This document shows, piece after piece, positions 1-10,734 of a stretch of 64,000 nt of DNA. A program made the position numbers and the translations under genes. Source of the stretch: Candidatus Latescibacterota bacterium (GTDB lineage Bacteria; Latescibacterota; UBA2968); contig OZ244960.1 of the NCBI GenBank assembly GCA_965222605.1, positions 736,001-800,000 on the forward strand, given 5' to 3'. The first letter of the stretch is position 1. The number at the start of each line of letters is the position of its first letter. The notes below the pieces were generated by a model, which saw only the letters and a list, made by a program, of their open reading frames with translations, had not been told where the DNA came from and ran no database searches.

Positions 1-83
1 AAATTAAAAAATTAACGGGTTATAACCCCAAAATCAGTTTGGATACCACATTGCGGCGCATTATTGAATACTACGAATCGTGA
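1..83 (+). CDS. 3' end of a probable NAD-dependent nucleotide-sugar epimerase/dehydratase (cut by window edge)
   Basis: Frame starting at base 3 reads IKKLTGYNPKISLDTTLRRIIEYYES*, typical of the C-terminus of extended-SDR sugar epimerases; lies just upstream of a glycosyltransferase. Confidence 0.65.
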   Translation, partial: IKKLTGYNPKISLDTTLRRIIEYYES

Positions 84-153
84 TGCCCGCTTTACTTTTT
101 TTACAAACGGCGTTTGCATTGCCCATTGGGAAGTGTAAACGCCAATTTTTGTT

Positions 154-1302
154 ATGAATCGACGTCCCAAAGTACTCCATACCATGACATGGCTTGCACC
201 CGGTGGCGGCGCAGACCGAAATGTGTATCTTTCGATGAAGGGCATGCAAAAGGATTACGAGATTCACCTGGCCGTTGGACAGCAAATCGAGCGGGACGAT
301 CTGTTAAAACTACACGGAGTTGTCGCGCATATATGCCCATATTTAGACCGGGAAATCAGACCCTGGCGCGATTTTCGCGCGCTACTGTGGTTCATGCAAT
401 TGATTCGCCGCGAGCGTTTTGATCTGGTTCACACCCATGAAAGCAAAGCGAGTTTGCTCGGGCGCCTCGCCGCGCGATTGGTCGGCTGCAAGCATATCAT
501 CTATGGGCTTCACGGTGTGGTTTTTAACGATCCAGTCAACCACATCAAACGGCGGTTCTACATCGCACTCGAAAAAATGACGATATGGGCTTGCGATTTG
601 ATCATAGCCGTTGGTCGAGACACAATTCGGCACTATCATCGGGAAAATATCGGTCGCAGCATTCCCCATCAGATCGTTTATAGCGGCATTGATGTTGTAG
701 AGTTTGAACAGCGTCTGAACAACGTAAAAAAAGCCGCATTTCGACGCGAGATAGGCATACCTGACGACGCGCCCGTACTGGTCAATATTGGCCGTTTTTC
801 ACCCGCCAAAGCACAACATTATACGATTGAGTCATTTGCCAGATTGCAATGTCCCGGAGCCAGATTGTTATTGGTAGGGGAAGGACCAGAGCGCGCAGCA
901 TGTGAGCGACTTTGCGCCGAGTTGGGAGTTGAAGACCGTGTCATTTTCGCGGGATTTTTCCAGGATATTACACCTGCGTATGCGATTGCCTCTGTGCATG
1001 TCCTATCCTCTTTGCGCGAGGGCTTGTCCGGCGTTGCTGTGGAAGCATCCCTCGCGCGGGTGCCCACAGTGTCGTTCGAAGTCGAAGGCATACGAGAGAT
1101 TGTAACACATGGACACTCGGGTTTTGTCGTACCACAAGGTGATATCGAGGCGATGGAGAAATATTTGGAAAAATTGATCGGAGATTCTCAGATGTGTCGC
1201 ACATTTGGAGAACGCGCATACCAGCACGCGATTGATCGATGGGATCACCGCGTTATGGTGCAAAAATTGGATACCATTTATCGGCAAAGGCTCAAAAGAT
1301 GA
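154..1302 (+). CDS. Glycosyltransferase family 4 (GT-B)
   Basis: N-terminal GGA motif, DLVHTH, GRFSPAK, EGLSGVAVEA (Ex7E) motif. Confidence 0.92.
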   Translation: MNRRPKVLHTMTWLAPGGGADRNVYLSMKGMQKDYEIHLAVGQQIERDDLLKLHGVVAHICPYLDREIRPWRDFRALLWFMQLIRRERFDLVHTHESKASLLGRLAARLVGCKHIIYGLHGVVFNDPVNHIKRRFYIALEKMTIWACDLIIAVGRDTIRHYHRENIGRSIPHQIVYSGIDVVEFEQRLNNVKKAAFRREIGIPDDAPVLVNIGRFSPAKAQHYTIESFARLQCPGARLLLVGEGPERAACERLCAELGVEDRVIFAGFFQDITPAYAIASVHVLSSLREGLSGVAVEASLARVPTVSFEVEGIREIVTHGHSGFVVPQGDIEAMEKYLEKLIGDSQMCRTFGERAYQHAIDRWDHRVMVQKLDTIYRQRLKR

Positions 1303-1994
1303 AATCGCGCAAAATGGAGTACGACTGCGCCAGCAGTTCATCGACGCGGGCTGTCGGGCAGTTTTTTGATATTTATGCAAAAAATTTTGATACGATCTAC
1401 GGGCATACAGGACATCGAAGCGCGCTCGGCAGATGCGTAGATCGCGCATTTCGGCAGGTGATGGTGCGGCGTTTTGAGGAAACGCTTCGGCAAACGGAAA
1501 AACCAGCAATTCATTCTGTCTTAGATATCGGGTGTGGCCCGGGACGGTACACGGCTGCGTTTGCACTTCAAGGAAAAGAAGCCGTAGGGGTAGATATTGC
1601 AGAGGAAATGCTAAAAATCGCACAGAACAATATCGACACGCTCAATGTGACCGCAGACCTCGTTTTAGGCGATTATCTGTCTGTTCATTTTGATCGGGTA
1701 TTTGACGCGGCGTGTCTGATGGGATTTTTTGATTATATTGAAGATCCCGTACCAATTTTGAAGAAATTGGCCGCAGAAGTAACCAGCGAGTTTTACGCGA
1801 GTTTTCCAAAATCGGGCGGTTTTTTGGCGTGGCAGCGGCAGATCCGATACCGCCTGCGAAGATGTCCGCTATGGTTATACAGCAAACGAGATGTTGAAGA
1901 CGCGCTAATTACAAGCGGCTTTGCCGGATGCTACGAAATTCGCGATTTTGGCCGCGATTGGTATGTGGTCGTCCAAATGCAGAGCACCAGGTAA
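1299..1994 (+). CDS. Class I SAM-dependent methyltransferase
   Basis: VLDIGCGPG motif I and GVDIAEEML motif II; ATG at 1299 overlaps the upstream stop (ATGA). Confidence 0.9.
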   Translation: MKSRKMEYDCASSSSTRAVGQFFDIYAKNFDTIYGHTGHRSALGRCVDRAFRQVMVRRFEETLRQTEKPAIHSVLDIGCGPGRYTAAFALQGKEAVGVDIAEEMLKIAQNNIDTLNVTADLVLGDYLSVHFDRVFDAACLMGFFDYIEDPVPILKKLAAEVTSEFYASFPKSGGFLAWQRQIRYRLRRCPLWLYSKRDVEDALITSGFAGCYEIRDFGRDWYVVVQMQSTR

Positions 1995-2044
1995 GCATCA
2001 AGACGCTTGCATCTAACTCGTGTAAAGACCAGAGCCGTTTTTTT

Positions 2045-3571
2045 ATGTCAAAAGGTCTCACATTTTTGAAACTATGCGCTGCCGCGGCCTTTGCAATACT
2101 GGCGTGGATCGCTTCGGGCATCTCATTATTAGATGATGATTGGGGCCATCTCAAGTTGGCGTCCAAAGGCGTTATCTCTGCTTTGACAACGGGATGGGAG
2201 GGCCTAATTGGGCAAGGTGGATATTATCGCCCGGCGGTTGTTTTATCCTTTTATCTGGACTATTTAATCGGCGGTTATGCGCCCGCTATTTATCACATCC
2301 ACAATATCTTGATTCACGCCGGATGCGCGTATCTCGTTTTCTTGTTTGCGCGATGCCTCTCCACAGACCGCGCGGTGGCCTGGGGCGCCGCGCTTTTGTT
2401 TTTTGTGCTCCCCATTCACACCGATTCCGTTTTCTGGATCGTCGGGCGCACAGATCTGCTATGTACGTTGTTTTATCTAAGCACGCTGATTTTATTTTTG
2501 AAATACCTGCAACGCGGTTCTACCGGCACGCTATTGGGGCTTGCCGTTTGTAGTGCGCTCGCTTTTTTGTCCAAAGAAATGGCCGTTTCCCTGCCCATCG
2601 CGCTCGCGGCACTGGTCGCGTATTGCAAAGCGTGGAAAACAGCACAGGCGCGGCGCGGATTGACGGTTGTCTGCATCGTATTGCTGGCGTATTTTGGCAT
2701 CCGATGGCTCGTGCTGGACAGCGCCTTGGGGGGGACACCTCGCGTATCAATTCTAAATTGGACACGCGATGGTGTGAAAGCAGTGGCAAAATTTGGGATG
2801 AGTGATATCTGGTGGTTGGGCATTGCGCTGGTGGTCGGAAGTGCTGGGATTTTTATTTATCAACATGGTCGCGGCATCTTGCACAAAGGTTGCCCGTTTG
2901 CCCTATTCTTGATCTTCCTCCTCGGCGCGAGTCTCGCCCCGGCATTGGGGCATTTGCACAACTGGTATTTGTATTTGCCCTCCGCCTTCTTTTGTCTGGG
3001 TATCTCTACGATCTGGCTAAATAAAAAACAGCCAATTCTCTGCTTTCTATTTGCCGTTCTAATCCTGTATTACGGAATGGTGATCGGACGCGAAGGCTTT
3101 TTCTGGCGCGATGCATCGCAAATGAGCGAAAATGCGATTGCCAATTTGATGCCCCATGCCCAGACAACCACCGGCACGTTATTCGTCTGCAACGTGCCCT
3201 CGGCGTGGACACCCCCCGGAGCGTTCAGCGGCAAACCGCTATTTGCTTATGCACTCAAAAATGCACTTGCCATGCGCTCACCCCAACCGTTGCAAGCGGA
3301 AATCGCAATGGTGAATCACGTCTGGTTGACAGATAATTTTGCGTGTCGCATTCACAGGACAAATACGGGTTTTGATCTGGCGATTAAAAAAGGCGGCTTC
3401 TTTTCGTTTCACAGCAAGGGACGGGGACAAACACCGCCTTTTTCAATTGATCAAACTTGGGGGCGTGTAACAGCCTACACAACCGATTCCCTCTCGGTCG
3501 CGCTGAATATGCAACCGGAGGATCGCGTGATAATTTACAACAAGGGTGAGTTTGAAAAATTGTGGCCGTAA
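2045..3571 (+). CDS. Polytopic membrane protein, GT-C-like (ArnT/PMT/TMTC-type) glycosyltransferase
   Basis: DD after first TM helix, YYRP motif, HTDSVFWIVGR, LSKE motif, roughly 10-12 TM segments. Confidence 0.7.
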   Translation: MSKGLTFLKLCAAAAFAILAWIASGISLLDDDWGHLKLASKGVISALTTGWEGLIGQGGYYRPAVVLSFYLDYLIGGYAPAIYHIHNILIHAGCAYLVFLFARCLSTDRAVAWGAALLFFVLPIHTDSVFWIVGRTDLLCTLFYLSTLILFLKYLQRGSTGTLLGLAVCSALAFLSKEMAVSLPIALAALVAYCKAWKTAQARRGLTVVCIVLLAYFGIRWLVLDSALGGTPRVSILNWTRDGVKAVAKFGMSDIWWLGIALVVGSAGIFIYQHGRGILHKGCPFALFLIFLLGASLAPALGHLHNWYLYLPSAFFCLGISTIWLNKKQPILCFLFAVLILYYGMVIGREGFFWRDASQMSENAIANLMPHAQTTTGTLFVCNVPSAWTPPGAFSGKPLFAYALKNALAMRSPQPLQAEIAMVNHVWLTDNFACRIHRTNTGFDLAIKKGGFFSFHSKGRGQTPPFSIDQTWGRVTAYTTDSLSVALNMQPEDRVIIYNKGEFEKLWP

Positions 3572-3584
3572 AAAAGGTACGATC

Positions 3585-6500
3585 ATGAAAACTTTCTGGC
3601 ATTGCATCCCCGCACTCACTTTGCTAATCTCAACAAGCATCGCACACGCGGGAGACGTGCGCGTGGTGGCAACGGGTGAAAACTGGGTGGAAGTTGTGGT
3701 GGATGCATCCGATATAGCTATCACCTCAGGATCGCCTTATGATCGCATAGACGTGCCGGGATGGATGTGGTTACACCAGCCGGGAGCACCTGCTGTACCT
3801 GTGCGCGGTGCAACACTGGGCATGCCTTATGGCTCTCGCGCAGTTGTTCAAGTGCTCAATGCAGACTATGAAGAAATCGAAGGTTTGGACTTGATGCCCG
3901 TGCCACAGACACAGTTGTTGGGATCTGAACAACATCCATTTTCGAGGTCGGTTTATCTGAGGGATGAGATAATTTACAACACGCCGGGATTTTATCCCGG
4001 TGCAGAAGCCGTTGTGGCGCACACGGGCATCTTGCGCGATCAACAAATCGCGATTCTGTCTTTGCGTCCAGTGCAGTACGACCCCGTTCAGCACAGACTT
4101 CGGATTGCACGACAGTTGCGCGTGCGCGTGTTATTTATCGCCGGTACAACGCCGTCACCTATTCGGCTTTTGAGAGACAGGGACGGTTTTGATCCCCTCT
4201 ATCAAAAGGGATTGCTCAATCCCGAACAGGCACGCTTCTGGCGCGGACGGCGCATTCGCGCGACAAAACGCGTACAGGATTGGTACGATCCCACAGCCAC
4301 GTATTACAAGATCAGAATTTTTGAAGATGGCCTCTACCGATTGAATGCGCGCTGGTTTTCCGAATCCGGCATTGTGTTGGCACCGGGAGATCTGGATCGG
4401 TTGCAGGTATTTTTAGACGGAAAAGAAATCCCGCTACTCATTGAAGATGGAGGCGATGGAGTGCTGTTTTGGGGCGCATTTCGGCGTGCGCCAGATCGAG
4501 ATTTTGAAAGTGAGTACGGCACAGAACGCGTCTATTTCCTGCGTATAGGTCGAGAATCCGGCTTGCGATATACACGGGCTGAGGACGCATCTACTAACGA
4601 GGTCACGACGCATTTTTGGTCGCGCAAACACGTTGAAATCGATTCGACCTATGAAGCCCTGGGACATGCGCGAAATGCCAACCGCGACCACTGGTTCTGG
4701 CAACGCACCGCATCTCCGTCGCGCCCGGGCGATATGCCCACAGATGTCGTAATGCCCGTACCTTTGCCGGGGCTGGCGCGCGAAGCAGGTGGCAACGCAC
4801 AAATTCGTCTGGGCATGCATTCGTTGACCCTGAACCAGGACATAAACCCCGATCACTACGCTATCATACAAATTCAGGATGGTCCGATCATCACAGAAGC
4901 GCGCTGGGATGGACAGGACGCCCATATAGCGACAGGCATAGTACCTGTATCGGCATTGTCAGATACCACATATATCGCGTTGCGAACGCCTGGCGATCCC
5001 TCGTTTCCATTCGATCCGATTCCTTATATCGACCACGTATATTTCAACTGGGTGGAGATTACCTATCTGCGGCGTTTTGAGGCCATAGATGGCATGCTGC
5101 GTTTTAATCCGGGCATTGTGCTTTCGCCGCGCGCGATCTCAATTGCCAATTTTGAACACGATCGGATTAGAGTCTTGAATTTGGACAAAAACAAGATTGT
5201 CACCACGGTGCGGGGTGACGAGGGGATTAGATTTGAGATTGCCGAAAGTGGCGATTTTGTCGCGGTGGATGAAACAGCAATAAAAACACCCAAACTCGCA
5301 GAACCCGATATACCTTATGATTTGCGCGGATTCTCTGGCGCAGAGTACGTGATTATTGCAGGTACAGATTTTATGGATGCAGCCGAGCGTTTGGCCGCGC
5401 ATCGGCAAGGGCAGGGGTTATCGACACTTGCGGTCAATGTGGCCGATGTATATGACGAGTTTTCCTTTGGACAAGTCGATGCCGAGGCCATTCGCCGTTT
5501 TGTACAATACGGATTTCACACCTGGACGCAACGCCCCGTGTACGTATTGTTGCTCGGGGAATTCAGCTTTGATTATCGCAATTTGTTTGGGCAAACTCGT
5601 ATTGCGCGTCACAACCTCGTACCGGGTATGCCCTTTCAATCTCCCAACCGCGGTCTGGCATTTACCGATGAGTTTTTTGGGCGAGTGGATGATGATTTGT
5701 TTATGGATGTATTTGTGGGGCGGTTTTCCGTACGCCGCGCATCGCAGGCCAATACAGTTGTACAAAAAGTGATCGCTTATGACGAAACGCCGTCGGCGCA
5801 ATGGCGCAACCGCATCACACTAATGGCAAATTGGGATGCACAGGACCCGTCTAAATTTGCCGCTCCGAGCGATATACTGGCAACAATTACACACGCTATC
5901 GGGCTGGAGAATTTCAAGGTATATCACGACGCAGATACGCCGCCCGAACCCAATGCCTCATCCCGCGAAGTTATTCGACAGATCAATGAGGGGCGTCTAA
6001 TTGTAAATTTTATGGGACATGGCAGTGCTTCATCGATGTCCAAATTCTTCGCCGGAACATTTCAGCAAGGGGCGTTCAATTACATGAGCCAAATTCAAAA
6101 TGCTGAACGCCTGCCCCTGTTTATCGGGATGTCGTGTCTCAATGGTTTGTATTGGGATCCGCGCATCATTAGTCTCGCCGAAGAAATGACCAATAAACCC
6201 GATGGCGGCGCAATAGCATATATTTCCTCGTCTTCTCTCTCTTTTATCCGCATTAACAACCAACTCAACACCGCGCTATTTCGACATATATTTGAAAATG
6301 GTGTACTGGCTTTCGGGCAAAGTCTTGCACTGGGCAAAATGACCGAACTCGCGGTTCTCCCTTCGAGTGAACTCGGACTGGTGGGAATGAATTTGATCGG
6401 CGATCCCGCACAACAAATCGCAGTACCGCAAAGCCCGGATTTTGTACTTGGCGATGCGGCGTTGCAGTTAGACCAGCAAGGCGAACTGACCACGGGAGAT

Positions 6501-9236
6501 TCGGTTCGGGTAACGCTACGCATAGATAATTGGGGTACTTTGCCCGATCGCAGCGTGGATATCATCCTGATTGATCGCAACCTGGATTCCGCCGCGATCG
6601 ATACCCTATTCATGGCAGCCTTGCCGCCTTTTGGAACACGCGACAGTGTGACAGTACTCTGGCGTCTCAAGGATCGCGCCGGACGCCATATCTTAGAAGC
6701 GATAGCCGACCCAGCCAATGCGATTGCAGAAGGCGATGAAACAAATAATCGGACAGCGGTAGAAATCGATGTCTTAGGTGCATTGTCGGCTGTGCCGTTC
6801 TTGCCATTGCCGAGTCAGACCGTTGCAAATGCCCAGGTGATATTAGGCGTGCGGTCTGGGGAAGATCAATTCCACCTAACGGGCGAATTTGAGCTGAGTA
6901 CATCTGGCGATTTCCAAGATGCAATGCACTCGGGCAGCGTGGCCGCCGTCGAAGGCTTCATTTTATGGCGACCGACGGGTTTGCGCGGGGGGTCTTATTT
7001 TTGGCGCGCCCGACTATCCGATGGACAGACAATAGGACCCTGGTCCGATGTGCGACATTTTGTGGTGGCATCCTCTGTACCCGAGCGGCAGGTGGTGTGG
7101 CAACAAGACGGTGCTATTGCATTATCGCGCGGCACAGGCGAAGATCTCGTGCTGTCTGATGACGGTTCTGTAGGGCGCACTATGTCTCCACCGCCGATTC
7201 GATTCAATGCGGCTGAAGCTTCTTTTTTGAGCGAAGGGGTGGCGGGCACAGCCGTTTTGTGTACGGACGGAACATACCTGTATGTGAAGCGATTCTATAC
7301 ACCGCAAGGCCAGCGCCAGTATCCCGGCAGCGATCTATTCGCGCGCATTGGCACGGGGTTCAATGGCACGGTGGCGGGTCAAAATTACGGAATCGTGACC
7401 GAGACACCTGTTCCGGGCATTTCTGCGACATTTCACAGCGATGGGTTTATCTATGCCGAACACCGCACAGCGCGCTCTGTATTGCGCATTTCTCCCATCA
7501 CTGGGCGGGTCGATACCGTTGAAGTGCCCGACCGCTTGCTGGATTTGTTCCGCGGATTGCCCTTTGACGCCCATGCTTTAATTACCTCTGACGGCGAGTT
7601 TATATACAACGTATCCTCAGGTGTCAATGGCATACGGCGCAGCGGATGGACCGTGCGCGTCTTTGACCCGGCAAATGCATGGCGCGTCGTGCGGCAATTT
7701 ACCGTTCAGCCAACAGAAACGGGATTTGGATATCTAATTACAGATGGCGCGATTGCCGACGGGCGGTTTATCTACTTAATCGAATTTGGCACGGGATTGA
7801 CACATCGCGTGCGCGTGGTAGATGCACATACCGGGGCATTCGTCGAAGAATATGAAAGCGATCAGGCGCGAACAGATATTTTGGGAGGACAATTTGACTG
7901 GGTGAACAACGTGGTGTGGTTGGGGCAATTGCGCGGGGGCATGGTATATCGGTATCCGGGACAGAGCTTGCCCGAGTTTGGCACCTTAACATCTGAACCA
8001 ATTGGACCAGCGAGTGCCTGGCATACGGTAACGACAGCTTTATCGGGCACGGGCAAAGCCGAAGTAAATTTACTCGGCGAGATCGATAACAATACTTTTG
8101 CACCATTGGCACAATGGCAAAATTTGCCATCCGGAACACAAAATTTGGACGGTATAGCCGTCCCGCGACTAAAAATTCAGATCAGATTGTACGGAGAGGG
8201 ATTAAATCCATCTCCTGGCCTGCAAACCTGGACCACAACATATCAACCGATTTCGGATATTGGCCTGAGCAATTTGCGGGCAGAACCTTTTGAAATAACG
8301 GAATTGCAACCCGTGCACCTCCATCTCGACGTGCAAAACCGAGGTCCATTAGACCTTGCTCTGGGCACATCTGTCGCCTTTTATAGCGGCTCTCCCGCAT
8401 TGGGGCGTCTGATAGGACGCGTGGCTGTACCCGAAGATAGCCCGCTCGGACGGATCATACCCCTGCGCCTGACGTGGCAAACCGCGCAATGGGCCGGGCA
8501 ACACATGGTAACGGCTCGTTTGGAAAATTTTCAGAGGCAGTCGATTTTTCCCGGCCGTGAGGTAGCGCTTACAGAGCCAGTGCGGATTGCGCCCAGTTCT
8601 GACCGCGATGTGCCAACAATTGAAATCGCGGCACTGGATGCTCTCGGCGAAGTTCGACCAGAAGATTATTTGCCCTCCCAACCGACATTTCGCATTTCCA
8701 TGCGCGATACAGCCGGTATTGATTTGTCCAGCATTCGCCTATCGCTTTCGGGAACGGACGAAGGACAGGAGAATCATTATGAGTCGGAAAAAATAAAAGA
8801 CCGCGCTGTTACCCCCATGACACTGTCATTTGTCTATACCCCAAACGCGCTTGTCGATGGTCGTTATACACTCAATGCCGAAGCCTCTGACAGACTGGGA
8901 AATGGTCCTGCAAAAATTGCGATGTCGTTTCAGGTCTCTTCAATATTGGCGATAGAAAACGCACTGGTCGCGCCCAATCCCGTATCCGATACGGGTCATT
9001 TTACATTCATCTTATCGCGTCCTTCAGAAGTCACCGTGCGGATTTACACCCTTGCCGGGCGGCTCGTTGAGGTAATTGAAGAGCCATTTGCACGCGCGGG
9101 ATACAACCAGATTTTTTGGGATGGACGAGACGCCGACGGACATGTGCTGAGCAACAACACGTATCTGTACATCTTGACAGCAGACAATGGCGAATCGCAG
9201 ACGCGGGTTAAAGACAAGTTGATTGTATATCGATAA
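3585..9236 (+). CDS. Large secreted C25 (gingipain/PorU-like) cysteine peptidase with propeptide, CARDB/Ig domains and C-terminal FlgD-Ig/T9SS-like tail
   Basis: Signal peptide; C25 propeptide (PGAPAVP); YKIRI..DGLYRL; VYDEFSFG; catalytic NFMGHG and MSCLNG; LIGDP; C-terminal PNP...VRIYTLAGRLV...WDGRD...YLY. Confidence 0.85.
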   Translation: MKTFWHCIPALTLLISTSIAHAGDVRVVATGENWVEVVVDASDIAITSGSPYDRIDVPGWMWLHQPGAPAVPVRGATLGMPYGSRAVVQVLNADYEEIEGLDLMPVPQTQLLGSEQHPFSRSVYLRDEIIYNTPGFYPGAEAVVAHTGILRDQQIAILSLRPVQYDPVQHRLRIARQLRVRVLFIAGTTPSPIRLLRDRDGFDPLYQKGLLNPEQARFWRGRRIRATKRVQDWYDPTATYYKIRIFEDGLYRLNARWFSESGIVLAPGDLDRLQVFLDGKEIPLLIEDGGDGVLFWGAFRRAPDRDFESEYGTERVYFLRIGRESGLRYTRAEDASTNEVTTHFWSRKHVEIDSTYEALGHARNANRDHWFWQRTASPSRPGDMPTDVVMPVPLPGLAREAGGNAQIRLGMHSLTLNQDINPDHYAIIQIQDGPIITEARWDGQDAHIATGIVPVSALSDTTYIALRTPGDPSFPFDPIPYIDHVYFNWVEITYLRRFEAIDGMLRFNPGIVLSPRAISIANFEHDRIRVLNLDKNKIVTTVRGDEGIRFEIAESGDFVAVDETAIKTPKLAEPDIPYDLRGFSGAEYVIIAGTDFMDAAERLAAHRQGQGLSTLAVNVADVYDEFSFGQVDAEAIRRFVQYGFHTWTQRPVYVLLLGEFSFDYRNLFGQTRIARHNLVPGMPFQSPNRGLAFTDEFFGRVDDDLFMDVFVGRFSVRRASQANTVVQKVIAYDETPSAQWRNRITLMANWDAQDPSKFAAPSDILATITHAIGLENFKVYHDADTPPEPNASSREVIRQINEGRLIVNFMGHGSASSMSKFFAGTFQQGAFNYMSQIQNAERLPLFIGMSCLNGLYWDPRIISLAEEMTNKPDGGAIAYISSSSLSFIRINNQLNTALFRHIFENGVLAFGQSLALGKMTELAVLPSSELGLVGMNLIGDPAQQIAVPQSPDFVLGDAALQLDQQGELTTGDSVRVTLRIDNWGTLPDRSVDIILIDRNLDSAAIDTLFMAALPPFGTRDSVTVLWRLKDRAGRHILEAIADPANAIAEGDETNNRTAVEIDVLGALSAVPFLPLPSQTVANAQVILGVRSGEDQFHLTGEFELSTSGDFQDAMHSGSVAAVEGFILWRPTGLRGGSYFWRARLSDGQTIGPWSDVRHFVVASSVPERQVVWQQDGAIALSRGTGEDLVLSDDGSVGRTMSPPPIRFNAAEASFLSEGVAGTAVLCTDGTYLYVKRFYTPQGQRQYPGSDLFARIGTGFNGTVAGQNYGIVTETPVPGISATFHSDGFIYAEHRTARSVLRISPITGRVDTVEVPDRLLDLFRGLPFDAHALITSDGEFIYNVSSGVNGIRRSGWTVRVFDPANAWRVVRQFTVQPTETGFGYLITDGAIADGRFIYLIEFGTGLTHRVRVVDAHTGAFVEEYESDQARTDILGGQFDWVNNVVWLGQLRGGMVYRYPGQSLPEFGTLTSEPIGPASAWHTVTTALSGTGKAEVNLLGEIDNNTFAPLAQWQNLPSGTQNLDGIAVPRLKIQIRLYGEGLNPSPGLQTWTTTYQPISDIGLSNLRAEPFEITELQPVHLHLDVQNRGPLDLALGTSVAFYSGSPALGRLIGRVAVPEDSPLGRIIPLRLTWQTAQWAGQHMVTARLENFQRQSIFPGREVALTEPVRIAPSSDRDVPTIEIAALDALGEVRPEDYLPSQPTFRISMRDTAGIDLSSIRLSLSGTDEGQENHYESEKIKDRAVTPMTLSFVYTPNALVDGRYTLNAEASDRLGNGPAKIAMSFQVSSILAIENALVAPNPVSDTGHFTFILSRPSEVTVRIYTLAGRLVEVIEEPFARAGYNQIFWDGRDADGHVLSNNTYLYILTADNGESQTRVKDKLIVYR

Positions 9237-9249
9237 AGTGAAAAGAATT

Positions 9250-10734
9250 ATGAAAATACTCGTCATAGGTCTGGATTGCGCGTCGCCCGATTTGATCTTT
9301 CAGCGATTTCGAGATGACATGCCCACCATCAGCAACCTGATCCAGACCGGAGTTTACGGCAACCTCAAAAGCACCATTCCGCCCATCACCATTCCCGCCT
9401 GGATGAGTATGGTAACGGGCAAAGACCCCGGCACACTGGGATTTTACGGGCTTCGCAACCGCGCCGATTATTCCTACAACCGTCTGTCTATCGCCAACTC
9501 AACTCTCGTACATGACGATACCGTTTGGGACATCATTTCTGCTGCGGGCAAAAAAGTAATCCTCGTTGGCGTGCCCCAAACCTATCCCCCCCAGCCAGTC
9601 AACGGCTGTCTGATCGCCTCTTTTCTCACACCGAGCAACAACAGTTCTTATACCTATCCCGACAGTCTAAAAGCCGAAATTGAGCGCGTATCCGATGGCT
9701 ACATTATCGATGTACGCGATTTTCGCACAGATGACAAAGCGCGCTTGCTCCGCGAAATTTACGCCATGACCGAAAAGCGATTTCGCGTGACCCGGCATCT
9801 CATGCAAACCCGTGAATGGGATTTTTGCATGCATGTGGAAATGGGCACAGATCGCATCCACCACGGATTCTGGCGATTTCTGGATCAAATCCACCGAAAA
9901 CACGACCCCAATTCCGAATTTGTGAACGCCATCCGCGACTATTACCGGTATCTCGATGGTGAAATCGCATCCCTAATTGCTCTAACTGGTAAAGACACAG
10001 CCATCCTTCTCGTCTCAGACCACGGTGCCAAGCGCATTGATGGCGGTATCTGCATCAACGAATGGTTGATCCGCGAAGGGTATTTGGTACTAAAAAAATA
10101 TCCCCACAAGCCCATGGCTTATGAGGATCTCGAAATCGACTGGGCAAAAACCACAGCCTGGGGTGCGGGTGGCTATTACGCGCGCATCTTTCTCAATATT
10201 GCCGGGCGAGAACCGAAAGGCATTGTACCACCCGAACAATACCATGTCTTACGCGATGAACTCTCGAAAAAAATCATGGACATTCCCGATGACAAAGGCA
10301 ATCCCCTGCCGACTCAGGTCTTCAAACCGGAGGATATTTACAGCACCATCAACAATATTCCCCCCGATCTGATCGTCTATTTTGGCGATCTGCACTGGCG
10401 CTCTGTTGGCACGATAGGCCATCGCGCCATCCACACCCTTGAAAACGACACCGGACCAGACGATGCCAACCACGCCCAACAAGGTATCTTTATCCTCAAA
10501 GACGGCACGCACACAGGCGAAAGATACAATCTGGAAATACGCGACATCGCACCGACCATACTCGGCCTCCTGGATATACCCATCCCCACCGACATGCAAG
10601 GCCAGGCAATAGTCAACGCGCCCTCAACGCATGCACCATCAGATGCACAGCCTGCACACACGGACAACGAGGTATATACAGAAGACGAAAAAAAGGCCCT
10701 TGAAGATCGACTCAGAGCGTTGGGATATTTGTGA
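9250..10734 (+). CDS. Alkaline phosphatase superfamily protein (type I phosphodiesterase / nucleotide pyrophosphatase)
   Basis: VIGLD, STIPPITIPAW..TGKDPG, VSDHG, NHAQQG, DIAPT motifs and C-terminal RLRALGY. Confidence 0.88.
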   Translation: MKILVIGLDCASPDLIFQRFRDDMPTISNLIQTGVYGNLKSTIPPITIPAWMSMVTGKDPGTLGFYGLRNRADYSYNRLSIANSTLVHDDTVWDIISAAGKKVILVGVPQTYPPQPVNGCLIASFLTPSNNSSYTYPDSLKAEIERVSDGYIIDVRDFRTDDKARLLREIYAMTEKRFRVTRHLMQTREWDFCMHVEMGTDRIHHGFWRFLDQIHRKHDPNSEFVNAIRDYYRYLDGEIASLIALTGKDTAILLVSDHGAKRIDGGICINEWLIREGYLVLKKYPHKPMAYEDLEIDWAKTTAWGAGGYYARIFLNIAGREPKGIVPPEQYHVLRDELSKKIMDIPDDKGNPLPTQVFKPEDIYSTINNIPPDLIVYFGDLHWRSVGTIGHRAIHTLENDTGPDDANHAQQGIFILKDGTHTGERYNLEIRDIAPTILGLLDIPIPTDMQGQAIVNAPSTHAPSDAQPAHTDNEVYTEDEKKALEDRLRALGYL

